Assembly: GCF_006345805.1 (NCBI RefSeq)
Contig: NC_043012.1
Span: 33,480,001-33,544,000 of the forward strand
Source: Octopus sinensis
Taxonomy: Eukaryota
Length of the DNA stretch: 64,000 nt
Reading direction: 5' to 3'
Of this stretch, positions 22,453 through 35,692 are shown piece by piece. Position numbers and translations under genes: made by a program. The notes under the pieces are model-generated. The model was not told the DNA's origin, did no database searches, and saw only the letters and a program-made list of their open reading frames with translations. Every line of letters starts with the position of its first letter. The first letter of the stretch is position 1.

Positions 22453-24280
22453 AAGATTACTCTCCCTTGGTTGTCTATGTCTTTCTGAGACTCTAACAGG
22501 TTTCAATAAATTTCCTTCACTTTTACCTGCATAGGAGTCTATATCAACTCTAGCTAGCTCCACGCAGTCTTCTATTGATATTAACCCTCTTCCGCCTTCT
22601 TTTCTAGGTAAGTATAATCTTACTACTCCTGCCCTTGGGTGGAGTCCTCCATTCATATTGAATTCCTTCCTAGTTCTTCTGTCTAGCTTTGCTAATTCAG
22701 TTTTTGTCCAATCTACAAAAGCTGCTAAGTATCTAAGTAATGATACTGCCCAAGTATTTATAGCCTTCACTAGATTCGGACCATTTAGCTTTGACTTCAC
22801 CCTTCTGATGTACTCCTCAATTTTCGTTTTCATTTCTATAGTTAATACTCTGTCAGATTCTAATACTCCTAGATACTTATTACTCTCTTCTCCTTTCAAT
22901 GATTTTAATGTCTGGCCATCTGGTAATTGGATACCTTCGCTGGTGACTACCTGTCCCCTTCTCATAGCTAATATTACACACTTATCTATAGTCCATGCCT
23001 ATATCTTTGCTGAAGAGTCTTACAGTCTGTATTAAACAATCTATCTCTTTTTCATTCTTACTGAAAAGTTTCAGGTCATCCATGTAGAGCAAATGATTAA
23101 TTTTTCCATCACTATTTCTGAACTGATACCTTTGCCTTCCTTAATAATAAACTGAGTGGGGTCAAACAGAAGACAAATATTAAAGGGGACAACTAGCCCC
23201 CACCCCTAAAAAATTCCTCTTTTGATATTAACGTTCCCTAAGAGTGTGTCATCTGAATAGAAATCTAATTTCCATTTCTTCATGCTAAAACTAATTGCCT
23301 TATATTGTCTGTTATATTGAATATACTCAAACATTCACTAATCCATGAGTGCGGGATCATGTCATAGGCTTTCTTATAATCAATCCATGATTTCTCTTTC
23401 TAGTTTTTACTTCATTTAGAACTGCTTCGTCTATGTATAAGAGATGATGCGTTCCTCTAGCCTTCTTCCTGCAACCTTTCTGCTCTTCTGAGAGTAAATT
23501 CTGGTTGTCAAGGTGACCGTAAATGCTTTCTGAAAGCATTCTTGTTAACAGCTTCCACACTAATGGTAAGCTGGTGTTTGGTCTATTGTTGCTAGTTGTA
23601 TTACCCTTGCTCTTATCTTTCATAATGAGTATTGTCCTCCTTCTAGTAATCCAATCTGGTATTATCCCTTCATTAAGGCAATCATGAATTGTTCCCCCCA
23701 ACCTCCCATGTGGACTACTAAATTTTTTTTATCAAGTACCCTTGAACTAAATCTCGTCCCCTTCCGATTCGGCATTTTTTCTATTACTTCACTTGTTAAT
23801 GCACTAGTTAGTCTTAGATCTGCTTGCTTCTCACTATTTCTTCCCTCATCATTGGTCATCATCATTGTTCGACCGTGGTCGAGACAATGGAATTTACCAT
23901 GCTACACCAGACTTCACGGTCCATCATGGCATTACGGACGTCCTGTTGCTGGATGCCTGTATCCCTGGAGATTACATCAGGGTAGGAGAGTGTGCGACCT
24001 CTGGTATTGCGAGTAGATGGCTTCCAGAGGAGGAGAGAAGAAATTACCTCTTTTTCAGCTCTACAACAATGTCTTCTCTCACTTTCTTTAACCATACTGC
24101 ATCTCTATTATGATTGACTGTCTTATCTCAAATATTACTTCAGAACTTTCTAGCTTCGTCTGCATTAAGCTTCTCATCCTCAGTACTTATTCATTTGGTT
24201 ATAAAATCTCCTCTGGTCTGGCTCAAATAATTTATTCTGTTGATACTGATCTATTCTTTTCTGACATCTGGAGAGCTTAC
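22453..24280 (-). pseudogene. R4/Dong-like LINE RT region, decayed
   Basis: IIPDWIT, LPLVWKLLT, EQKGCRK, HLLYMDDLKLF, KYLGV, AINTWAV, RLYLPRKEGGRGL; interrupted at 23846-24085. Confidence 0.8.
23846..24085 (-). mobile_element. 3' end of an unrelated APE-type LINE nested in the R4-like element
   Basis: LLLWKP...GRTLSYPDVISRDTG...AMMDREVW..MV C-terminus followed by a (TGA)n tail. Confidence 0.65.
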
Positions 24281-24299
24281 CTGCTATCACTATGATACG

Positions 24300-24740
24300 C
24301 TGTTTCAACCTTCCTGATAATTCTCGCTGTCCCCAAGAGACAAACGTTCTGTAGGAGTTCTACTGGGTATTGTATTCCAATCTTCTTCAGCCACTTGTTG
24401 ACATCTTTGCTTACTGTTCCCAATGCACCAATTATTATTGACACGACCTTTACTGTTCTCACGCTCCAATTTTTTTCTATTTCAAATTTTAAAGGATTGT
24501 AATTTTTGTTTTTGCTTTTCGCCCTCTTTCTTTACGATCCTGGAATCAAACGGGCATGACGGGTCGATCAGTGAGCAACTTTGCTTCTCCCTATCTATAA
24601 TTGTCATGTCCGGTCTTCTTCTCCGTTTGAATAGGAACGTCCCACAAAATCTTACAGTTTTCTGATTCCATTTCTCTTTCGACTCGATGACTGTACCATG
24701 TTTCCAGCTTTAACCCCCATTTCTGGCACAGTTACCACAT
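24300..24740 (-). pseudogene. R4/Dong-like restriction-like endonuclease (PD-D) domain fragment
   Basis: KILWDVPIQT, RRPDMTIID...LID..CPFD, VSIIIGALGTV, LLGTARIIRKV. Confidence 0.75.
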
Positions 24741-25184
24741 CTACTAGGACAGTACTGTTTTTACATACAGAGCATTCTCGCCCCCCCCCCAGTTAACTGA
24801 CAGAAAATTATGCAAATATCCCTATGACCAACCTTTGGTCATAGGCATATTTCTTCTTCTATCACTTCTCTACAGTGGTTTGGAGTCGACTGGTTTCATG
24901 CTACCATCATAGAAGCAATCCCATCTCACATTTATTTCTTCTTTCTTCACTCATATTATGCTCTCTCCAGCCCAACCACTTTACTCCTCCGTTCAGTATG
25001 TGAACCCTGAAGAACCCCACCACCACCACCACCACTACCACCACTTTCTTTTCTAATAATTAAAAAAGATCTGTAAAATTGTTCAAAATCAAATCAAAAG
25101 AAAGTAAAAGAAACAAAAAAATGAGTAACGACAACAATAAATATTTTGTAAAAATGAAAAACGATAAACGATATTTTGAAACAC

Positions 25185-25320
25185 AAATTTCGCCGCCGCC
25201 GAGGAGGTCGACTTTGCCTTTCATCCTTTCGAGGTCGATAAAATAAGTACCAGATGAGCTCTGAAATCGACTTTCCACCTCCCACAAAATTGCTGGCCCT
25301 TGCGCCAAATTTTGAAACCG
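25185..25320 (+). mobile_element. SINE family B fragment with a third tail type
   Basis: gtcgactttgcctttcatcctttcgaggtcgataaaataagtaccag + aaaattgctggcccttgcgccaaattttgaaacc. Confidence 0.75.
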
Positions 25321-25344
25321 ATATATTATAATACAATGCACAAC

Positions 25345-26080
25345 TTTTCTTCTCCTCCTCCTCCTCTTTCCTCTTCTTCCACCTCTTGCTCTTCCTTCTC
25401 TTCTCCTTCCTATTTTTCCCTCCTCTTCCTCTTTCTCTTCCTCCCCTCCCTCACCTTCCTTCTCCTTCTTCTCCTCCTCGTCTTCTGCCTCTTCCCACAC
25501 CCTCCTCCTCATCACTATAACTGCTACTACCATACTGCAAACACTGCTACTATCTCCACACTAACACCAAGCACTACCACTGCAGCCACTGCATCTACTT
25601 CAGGCACTACTACCTTTTGTAATACTAACACTATAATCACCACCACGACCACCATAACAACAACAACCATAATTGCTATCACTGACACCACCACCACCAC
25701 CACCACCACCACTACCACCGTCATCACCAATATAGCCACTACTACTATCACTGCACTGCAACCATGATCACAATCACTATAGTCACCACCACTACCACCA
25801 CCACCACCACCACCACCACCACCACCACCACAAACGCCACCACCAAAACAACACTCATTACTGCAACTTCCATCTACTTTACTGTAAGCATCGCTCCACC
25901 ATCATCGCCACCAACCTCCACCACTATCACTGCATCCATCACCCTAGCTACTACCATACCATTACTAACGAAACCATCACCATCACCGACTCCACCACTA
26001 TCACCATCAAAATCAACAACACGCAAACTGCTCTACTTTACCAAAGTTGCAATCACCACCACCAGTACCACCACCAACCA
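25345..26080. repeat. Pyrimidine-rich and (ACC/ACT)n degenerate trinucleotide tract
   Basis: Direct reading. Confidence 0.85.
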
Positions 26081-26592
26081 TTCCCTCTCTTGCTTTGCTA
26101 TTAAAGACAGAATTTTCAACCAATTTTGACTTTCCCGGAAACGGCACTTTTTTGTGTGTTTGTGTCTTATTTCGAATTCAGATTTCAGTGAATGGAAGTG
26201 GGGTGGGTGGGTGAAGTGGTGGCGATGGTGGTGCAAATAGGATGTGGAAGTAGGACAGCAGAGGAGTTCGTGTTTCAATTCCTAGCACCTCCCTCTTCCC
26301 GCTTTAGTTAAAGCTTCATTTGGCTTAACATGTGGCCTGAACGGTTTTTCTTCATTTCGTCTTCTTCCAATTTTTCTTTCGTTTTTTTGCTCATATTTTA
26401 TTTCATTGTATTTTTGCAATTATATTTTTATTCCTACTTTTACTTTTACCTTTTTTATTTTGTCCTTCTGTGGAATCCACACAAAGATGACGATGAGTTG
26501 TCATAGAAACACAACCATAAAACTCTGCCAAATAAAAGATAAGTTGCTGTAGAAACAAAGTACATTAAGATACCGATTCCAATGAGATACAA

Positions 26593-26717
<125 letters not shown>

Positions 26718-26865
26718 AACAATATATATGGGCGTGCATATATTATATATATATATATATATACATATCCATATTTCCATTGAGAATACAATTTAAAAAG
26801 GACAAGATACAAGCAGTGAACTGTAGAGAAAAGTGGAAACTGGTTGGTGGTGTTTTTGGGAAATG

Positions 26866-26931
<66 letters not shown>

Positions 26932-27124
26932 GGAAGAAAAGTTAGAAGTATAGGAAAAGAAAGGACAGATATAATCTCGGATAATTTTCTGGTAAATCTT
27001 AGTTAGACATCATCAAGATATTGTCTTTTTTGGCTGTTATATATATTTCTTTTTTGTCATATCAATCTTTCTTTTTTTTAACGTTTGGATTTATATTCAT
27101 TTCCTTTTATTTGTCACTGCACTG

Positions 27125-27325
27125 CTGGTTGTCGTTGTCGTTGTTGTGGTTGTTCTTGAGTTCGATGTCGGCTGATTTAAGCAGATAGAATAATGGACAT
27201 TCCAACCGTGGCCATTCCGTTCTTTGTTTTCTTGATGAAGTGTATATACGACTGTATAATCCAGTTTGTTATTCCTTCTAAAGTGTGATGTGATTTGGCT
27301 GCTATTTCTAACAGGCCGGGCGACC
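27125..27325 (-). mobile_element. Old short interspersed repeat (family C) with (CAA)n tail
   Basis: Minus strand: tagaaatagcagccaaatc...ggccacggttggaatg...caacaac; related copies near 40090, 40290, 49100, 50800, 51290, 59245 and 63430. Confidence 0.55.
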
Positions 27326-27567
27326 ATGTAGAGCAGGCGTGGACAGCCTTTTCACGAGAAGCGAGGTGCATGAGACATACTTCACTATAAGGCTGGTCGC
27401 ACTTCTATAAAAAAAATTAAGGTAATTATTCGCAAAGCGTGCCATTCAGGAATTCATGTGGGGCTGCAGTTTGCCCATGACTAATACAACCATTTCCAAG
27501 GTGAAGTTTATTCAAACAATTCGAACTTCTCACTTGCAATGTGACTTTTTTTTTAAATGCAAATATG

Positions 27568-27896
27568 CGCAGGCGTGGTGTGTGGTAAGAAACTTGCTTC
27601 CGACCATATGATTCCAGATTCAGTCCCACTGCGCGGCATCTTGGGTAAGTGTCTTCTGCTATAGCCGCGAGCCGACCAAAGCTTTGTGAGTAGATTTGGT
27701 AGACGGAAACTGAAAGAAGCCCGATATATGTATATATACATATTCCTTTCCTTGGATCTTTCCTTTTCCTATGTTTCTGACGAAGAGCTCCGCTCGAAAC
27801 GTTAAACCCTCCTTCTTTCTTTCCTTTCCTGAGCGTCCAATAATACTATATTTGTTCCACGTCCTCGTGTTGTTGTGTTTTCATGTTTGGATCAAC

Positions 27897-27984
<88 letters not shown>

Positions 27985-28004
27985 GCGTGCTTGTGTGTGC
28001 GTGC

Positions 28005-28046
<42 letters not shown>

Positions 28047-28275
28047 TGTCTGTATATGTGTTTCCAAGCGGTGTGAGGGGACGTGTGTGTTCGTCCTCTC
28101 ATACCGCTCGAAAACCGGTGTTGGAGTGTTTACTTAGCGGTCGAACAAAGTGACGATAAAATAAGTACTAGGCCCAAAGAAAAAAATCAGTAGTGGGGTC
28201 GATACATTCGACTAAAAGTTCTTCGAGGCTGTACCCCAGCATGGCCGCAGTCTGATGACTGAAACAAGTAAAATA
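27568..28275 (+). mobile_element. SINE family A, full length, with nested insertion in its central microsatellite
   Basis: Head 27568-27725; tail ...ggggtcgat...ccagcatggccgcagtc-gactgaaacaagtaaaa. Confidence 0.8.
27743..27898 (+). mobile_element. Short element with minimal hammerhead motif (27773-27807), ending in (TA)n
   Basis: gttt CTGACGA a gagc-tcc-gctc GAAA c GTT aaac; same family as 39062-39255 and 55178-55262. Confidence 0.7.
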
Positions 28276-28542
28276 GTAAGTGTCGTATAAGCAAAAACAA
28301 AGACGCAACCGTCAGTGACAGATGAAAGCAAATAATGAACCCCGAACTTACCTTGTGCCAAAATATGAAACCGATACTTATTCGCAAAAAGAGGATATGT
28401 GCCCATAGACAAGTTTCAATTAAAAATGGCTGTAAGTTCACAATATGTAATTCAGCAATAATATTTTGAGTTAGACTAGAAAAAAAAACAGAAGTCATTA
28501 GATAAGGAATCTTCAGTGATCTGTAAGAGCCAGTATTTAGAC

Positions 28543-29330
28543 CGGCGTTTCCCAACCTATTTTCTTTCCCCCAGGCTCCACTATAACTTTCCAGAAAAAT
28601 GTATGCCCCATTGGGATGGAAAAAAAAATAGCAACTTTATATACTTTCTTTGAAGAAATATCCACAATAGAACATTAGAAAAACGCTATATATTTCTTTA
28701 TTGCCCACAAGGGGCTAAACATAGAGGGAACAAACAAAGACAGACAAAGGGATTAAGTTGATTACATCGACCCCAGCGCGAAAATGGTACTTTATTTATC
28801 GGCCCCGAAAGGATGAAAGGCAAAGTCGACCTCGGCGGAATTTGAACTCAGAACGTAACGACAGACGAAATACCTATTTCTTTACTACTCACAAGGGGCT
28901 AAACATAGAGGGGACAAACAAGGACAGACAAAGGGATTAAGTCGATTACATCGACCCAAGTGCGAAACTGGTACTTTATTTATCGACCCCGAAAGGAAGA
29001 AAGACAAAGTCGACTTCGGCGGAATTTGAACTCAGAACGTAACGACAGACAAAATACCGCTAAGCATTTCGCCTGGCGCGTTAACGTGTCTGCCAGCTCG
29101 CCGCCTATGAAAAACGCTGTACTTTAACGAACAGTCTTCACACAGTATGCTTAGCTGGAAGGATTGGTTTGGCTAGGCTGAATATAGCTGTGTATGTTTG
29201 ATATGAAAACAAGATTTTTCACAATTCCATGTCTCACTAAAAAAAAAAAGAGAAAAAATCATGGATCCCACATCCCACCACAATTTTCCGAGACCTGCCA
29301 GTAGGGCGTATGCCCCACGTTGAGAAGCAT
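28543..29330. mobile_element. Possible hAT/Charlie-type non-autonomous ends
   Basis: cggcgtttcccaacct and gttgagaagcatcg termini flanked by atttagac/ttttagat (NTCTAGAN-like); may be two separate fragments. Confidence 0.35.
28692..29106 (-). mobile_element. SINE family B dimer
   Basis: Two core+tail units; flanking direct repeat gaaaaacgct. Confidence 0.88.
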
Positions 29331-29432
29331 CGTTTTAGATATATCGATAGTAAAGAATGCACACACGCACACATACAGATAACACAACGCGCACACACAC
29401 ACATATACATACGCACACACACACACACACAC

Positions 29433-29470
<38 letters not shown>

Positions 29471-29479
29471 ATCTATATA

Positions 29480-29533
<54 letters not shown>

Positions 29534-29541
<8 letters not shown>

Positions 29542-29790
29542 GAAATGAGGTACTCAGAAAATCGGATGGTTTGTATTTACAATATTTATTTGTATATTAC
29601 ATTTTTTTTATATCCATATAACTTAGATCATGTATTAGCGCTTTCTCCCATTCTAGTGGGGTTTTCAAATCAAACTCAAAGATAACATTTTAGCAAGGAC
29701 ACAAATACCACACACACACACACAAAATACAAATAAGTATCTGTAAATACAAACCATCCGATTTTCTGAGTACCTCATTTCTTCTAATAT
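29534..29790. repeat. ~63-bp inverted repeat pair between (TA)n tracts
   Basis: tattagaagaaatgaggtactcagaaaatcggatggtttgtatttac and its reverse complement at 29727-29790. Confidence 0.85.
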
Positions 29791-29832
29791 AATACCTGTA
29801 CATCATCTCCAAACCTTCCATATAATATATAT

Positions 29833-29898
<66 letters not shown>

Positions 29899-29948
29899 TA
29901 TATATATAATATACAATATATAAATAAATAATCGTAGTATATACACAC

Positions 29949-29995
<47 letters not shown>

Positions 29996-30011
29996 TACAC
30001 ACACATATATA

Positions 30012-30192
30012 CAACAGCGCTTGACAACCGATGCTGGTGTGTTACGTCCCCGTAATCTAGCCATTCGGCAAAAGAGACCGACTTAATAAGTACTAGGCTT
30101 ACAAAGAATAAGTCCTCAGGTCGATTTGCTCGACGAAAGGTGGTGCTCTAGCATGGCGACAGTCAAATGACTGAAACAAGTAACGGAGTAAA
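30012..30192 (+). mobile_element. SINE family A, 3' half
   Basis: cgcttgacaaccgatgctggtgtg...gactgaaacaagtaa. Confidence 0.85.
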
Positions 30193-30209
30193 GTGTATAC
30201 ATATATAGT

Positions 30210-30443
30210 AAGACGGCGAGCTGGGAGAAACGTTAGCACGCCGGGCGAAATGTGTAGCCGTATTTCCTCTGCCGTTACGTTCTGAGTTCAAATTCCGCCG
30301 AGGTCGACTTTGCCTTTCATCCTTTCGGGGTCGATTAAATAAGTACCAGTTACGCACTGAGTTCGATATAATCGACTTAATCCGTTTGTCTGTCCTTGTT
30401 TGTCCTCTCTGTGTTTAGATCCTTGTGGGTAAAAAAAGAAATA
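30210..30443 (+). mobile_element. SINE family B monomer
   Basis: Full unit; TSD-like atatatagt on both sides. Confidence 0.88.
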
Positions 30444-31039
30444 TATATAGTGTCTCCTCAAAATGTATACACCCTTTTACAGCTGGCGATTAACTTAAGT
30501 TTCGTTTCTTTTTAGACTTAACCCATTAGAAATAGTGAAGAGAGACAGGCGAAGCTTTGCGAGTAGTGCTTGGCAAAACGTTCAGAAGATGTACGCTGTC
30601 CCAAAACATTGCTTGGAGTGATGAGGCCCACCTTGATGAAATTTTGTCAAATAAATGAAAGGGACGAAGAGGTTTAGTAGAATACTCTCCACCAATTCCC
30701 AAGAAGCTTCTTTTTTTTTTTAAATAACGTTTATGCATATATCCCCACATTTTGTAATCCTTTTACGTGTTACACGTTTTACGTAACACCTGTGGGCCTT
30801 TCTAGCTAATAAAAGAAATATTACCTTACCCTCCTCCTGCTCCTCCTGTTCCACCAACACCTCCTCTTCCTCCTCCTCTTCCTCCTCCTCATCATCATTC
30901 TACACGCCATAGATATTGTGTTCGGTTTATGCTTCCTATTAAACCGCAACTCATGATCTACGGGGAGAAGCATTTTTGTCCCTTCCGTATAAAAGTCTTA
31001 CCCTCGCCCCCCCCCACCACCACGACTCTTCCCAGTTAT

Positions 31040-31400
31040 TTTTACTTTTTTTATTGAGGACTTTGTGGATGATTTTTTGCTGAGCCAAGCAACGGTTTTC
31101 TGAGCTGCACTCACCTCCAGATTGAAGTCTAGCGTTCCAAGATTTGCTCTGAAATTCTTTATCACAGTTCCCAAGACCTCATTGACAATGGGTGAGATCA
31201 TGACCTTGTTATCGCCTTCGTAGCAGCACTTGAGAGTTTTATATTTCAAGCCAGTAGAGTACCTTACTTATCCTTTTCCTTTTTTCTTGATTTTGGTGTT
31301 ATATCACTACATCAGCTACAATATATAGTTTATTCGTCTTATCAATGTCAACTCCATATCCGGTTTGCTGTGTTCTATTCTCCTCCCGGTTGTATAAGAA
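31040..31400 (-). pseudogene. Decayed R4-like endonuclease C-terminus
   Basis: IEHSKPDM...PIVNEVLGTV...QKTV. Confidence 0.5.
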
Positions 31401-31422
31401 AGGCTATACGATGATGATGATG

Positions 31423-31461
<39 letters not shown>

Positions 31462-31879
31462 TATTTGTTTTGCAAGATTTTTGATGTGAAATCGTGTGTT
31501 GAAACAGATATTGTTGTATTTAGGAATGGTCGTTTTGCCAGTTTAGCCAATAAAAACACACGCACTATATATTTGGTGTTACTTTGCTTCAGCGTTATTT
31601 ATTTTTTACATTAATCTTAATCTTATTTCGGCCAGAGTTTTTTCGTCACACTCCTGTGACCTCATCAGTGCTCCTTTGCTTTCTTCTTTCTTATTTGTGT
31701 GTCTCCTTACTAACGGTCAGCCATTTTGTATTTTGTATTTCTATTGTATGTGTCTTCATTTGCGCATGCGTATACCTCTATGTGTGTCTATATTAAGTTA
31801 GTGTGTGTGTGTGGGGGGGGGGGAAGTGCCTGTAATATTTGTGTCTCCTGTTTATATACGTTCGTGTAATTTGTTTTTA

Positions 31880-34200
31880 TTTTTGTTTATTTTTATATTT
31901 TGTATTTGTGAACTTCCTTAAAGACTGAAAGCCGCTTTTTGTTTTGTTCGTGTTTTGTGGCTATTTGTACTAGTTTTCCGTGCTTCTGAAGTAGGTCTTT
32001 CTGTAGTCCTGTGGAGGTTATTTTGTAATAGTTTTCTAGCTGTATAAGGCCTCTATCACCTTCCAGTCAGATTTGATATCTGTGTGTGTGGGGGGGGGGG
32101 GTCTATCCTAAATCGTCATTATTTTTCTTGTTTTCCTGTCTATCTTGATTCGTTCATTTAGAATCCAATTAAGAATATTGTAATTGTAACTTATAACTAG
32201 GACGACTAGAGTGTTGATACCTATTATCTTGTTTTTCGCATTGATTTCTCGTCTATAGTATTATTTTCTTATCTTCTCTTTCTTTTGTATGTGTTGTATC
32301 GTATCTAGTTCATTGATTCCTAAGTATTTGTATGTCCGGCTTTGGTCTCATTCTCTTATTTCATTTGCTTTATCTAGTGCGATGATGCTACTCTCAACTA
32401 GTTTTCCTCTTTTCAAGGTTGTTTCGGTACATTTTTCTAAGCCAAAGTTCATGTTTATTTCTTTGGTAAATCGATGTACTGTCTTTAGTAATGTTTCCAG
32501 CTGCTTAACATTTGTAGCGTACAGCTTTAGATCATCCATATAAAAGAGGTGGCTGATTGTTTTACCGTAACAGTTGTGTTTAGAACATTCAGTTCTGTTT
32601 TGCATGTCAAATAAAGGTATCAGTGACTGTTTTGTTACAGAGTATGATGCCTTCTTGTTTTCATGATTTGAGACAAGTTTTAACATCCAGTCATAAGAAT
32701 TTTTCAGGTAGGTGTCAAGGCCAATTGTGGCAATCTTCAATGTTAATTCCAGTTGTAATAGTTCACGGCCACCCTCTTTTCGTGGCAGGTAAAGTCATTC
32801 TATATCTGCCTTAGGGTGGTGCATTCTATACATTGTCAACAATTTTCCTGTTTCTGTCAAGATTACATATTTCAGTGATGCAGCTCTGTCTTGAGTATTG
32901 TCCTTACCCTGCGAATATCTACTGACTTCAGTTTGCTGCTGGGGAGGAGGTGTTTTCACAATAATGGTATTTCCCCCCCAGTTCCCTGTAGAATTTTTTT
33001 GTGTTCTCCTTGAATAGTATGCTTTGTCTATGGAATGCTGCGCGTTTTTTGTATCTTGCCAGCGGTTTGGTTTTTAATTGTAGTTAGTAGGTATTCTATC
33101 AATCCAATGGGCCTTTCCATTGTGTGTTTTTCTTCTGCCCAAATTTTATTACAAAATTCTTGCACTTTTTCTTTTGATGGGACAGACTTTACTGCAACTG
33201 GTATTTTCCTTTTCTTGTAAAAAGTTTTTGGGTTATTTTTGAACATGAAGAATCTAACGCGCTTTTCGTGCCTTGCTATGCAGGCAGCTTTAGCACATAC
33301 CTTTTGCTTGATGGTTTCTATGGTGATATCGATGGTTTTCATATTGCATTTTTTCTTAAATTTTCGGAATTTTTTTGGTTTGCTAGTCTTGTCAAACTTA
33401 AGGTTTTTTAACATTCTATGTCAGACGTGAATGGATGGATTTGGTGTTGAATACGTTCTTGCCAAACAGGCTTTTTCTGGGAATGTCGTTTTCTAATCTT
33501 TTCACCACATGGAATCGTTGAGATTTTCGCGGATGCATAGTACAGGTGGTTGAGATCTGTAATATCAACATCATTAGCTAAAATCATATAATTAAGTGCA
33601 AGGCGGATTTTACCAATTATTTTCAGGTTTTGGTTAGAATTGCGGATTATAGGGAGAGTATCACGTTCATCCATACTGGCTTCTTTAAATTTCAGCCATT
33701 CAATCATGATTTGATGATTTAGATCATGTAGTTCTGTTGGGTCAATTTCTGTGTGCCTTTCCTCATCTATTTGATTTTCATCTGTCTTAGTGTTTATGAT
33801 TGGTTCAGGGAGTATTTCACTTTGGCTATCAATTACATTAGCTCTTTCAATCCTTACTGCGTTTTTATCAGCCCTGGGCTGGTCTATAATTATTTCCTCT
33901 GTAGTATCTTCTTTAGCTGCAGCTTCGTTCATTCTATCCGTTACTGCTCGTCTAATTTGATCAATCTCTACTTCAGTCAGTAATTTTTTTTTTTATAATG
34001 TTTCTTCTGACGTTGGCAAGTTTGTTACTGTGTATGTAGGGTCTTACTTCAGGGTGTTTCTGTCTCCAGTTTAAGTATGTTTGTACAGTATTAGATTTAT
34101 CTGTGGGGAAATATATGGCATGGTAGAATGCCGTAAGAACTTTCTTATTATCTTCCCTAGACCATTTTTCATTCTTTTTCTTTTGGTTATTTGATGACGG
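31880..34200 (-). pseudogene. Mosaic of R4/Dong-like LINE fragments
   Basis: RGLIQLENYYK; HLFYMDDLKLY...MNFGLEKC; HHPKAD..LYLPRKEGGR; FKENTKKFY; N-terminal region 33030-34200 (LNHLYYASA, PVWQERI, FKNNPKTFY). Confidence 0.7.
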
Positions 34201-34535
34201 GCATGGATGGCCATCTGTTGCAATATTCCAGTTGTGGGGTAAGTCCAGCTCCTGTGTTTCGGGTAGAACCAGTAGCTGATTTTTCGACTACGCAATCCTT
34301 GGTGCTCCGGGTGTTAACAGATGCGGTTTGTATTTTGCTTTGTTATCACTGAGGCATGACGGGGCTTGGACGTTGACATTTGGGTACGAATCTGTTTGTT
34401 TAGGGTTAATTTTTTGAGACAACACCGTCTCCGAGTTCTCTGCATGTAAACTTGCTCGTAACGTACCTTTGTAAGGCTAACATATATTCGTCTGTATTAT
34501 TTTTTGTTAATAGATTTATCTCCGGGCACAGTTTT

Positions 34536-34958
34536 GGCAATCTTTCGTCTCTAGTAGACCTTTCCGTCGATTGCCGTAAAAATTTTTTTTTCTTTTTACA
34601 TATGGGCTTGCGGGAACTTTTGAAGTAATGAGAGCGAAAGAGACTAAGAGAAAGCGATTGTATGACGAGGGAAGTTCTTTTGAAGTTACCGTGCATGGCA
34701 AGCATTGATGTACATGTGTGTGTGTGTGTGTTTGATGGGGTGTGGGAGACCGACAGTATATTGTGTAAGTGAAGTGCTTCTGTTAGTGTGTGTGAAGAGA
34801 CAGAGTAATGTGTGAAAGAGAGAGATAACTGAAGTTTTTTACTCGGTGTATGTGTATATGTATGCATATTACTTCAAAAGTTCCCGCAAGCCCATATGTA
34901 AAAAAAAAAAAATTTTACGGAAATCGACGGAAAGGTCTACTAGAGACGAAAGATCGCC
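34536..34958. repeat. ~90-bp inverted repeat pair with ~240-bp spacer
   Basis: 34536-34629 is the reverse complement of 34868-34958. Confidence 0.85.
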
Positions 34959-35302
34959 ACAGTTTTTTGTGGGATTTTTAAAGTTATGAATTGTTCACTC
35001 TGTGTTTGTTCGAAAAAAAAAAGTTTTTTTGTTTTTTTTGTTTTTTGCTTTTGCTTCGTTTGTGGTGACACGTGTTTTCATATGCGTGTTGATTTCGCGT
35101 GTGTGTTTCGCACATGTTTCACTGAGACATCGTGCAAAGGAGAAACTGGTATGGCAGAAAATTTTCGTTTTTGTGACTATTTTCATTTAAAAGACCGCTT
35201 CCTTCATCTCTTCCACAGGTCCCTTTATCTCGTTCCACCGATTTGTTTTTGAATGGAGAGCCCTGTGTAGTAAGTACATCCATATTGTAATTCAGCGCGG
35301 AG

Positions 35303-35453
35303 CTCTCTCTCTCTCTCTCTCTCTCCTCTCTCTTCTTCTTCTCTTCTCCTTCTTCTTCTTATTCTTCTTCTTCTCTTCTTCTTCTTCTTCTTCTTCTTCT
35401 TCTTCTTCTTCTTCTTCTTTCTTCTTCTTCTTCTTCTTCTTCTCTTCTTATTC

Positions 35454-35504
<51 letters not shown>

Positions 35505-35565
35505 ATATTATTATTATTTTATTATTATTATTATTATATTATTATTATTATTATTGTTATTGTTA

Positions 35566-35603
<38 letters not shown>

Positions 35604-35644
35604 TGTAGTAGTAGTAGTAGTAGTAGAAGTAGCAGCAGCAGCAC

Positions 35645-35690
<46 letters not shown>
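35303..35690. repeat. (CT)n-(CTT)n-(ATT)n-(GTA)n compound microsatellite
   Basis: Direct reading. Confidence 0.9.

Positions 35691-35692
<2 letters not shown>

Noticed and set aside
28250-28272. ctgatga-ct-gaaac-aagta hammerhead-like string
   Set aside because: Variant of the SINE A tail hairpin (agtc-aaat-gact); no stem II or stem I; other copies lack CUGAUGA
31626-31668. CTGATGA-stem-GAAA on the minus strand
   Set aside because: Stem II is good but stems I and III could not be closed, so it is counted only as a partial motif
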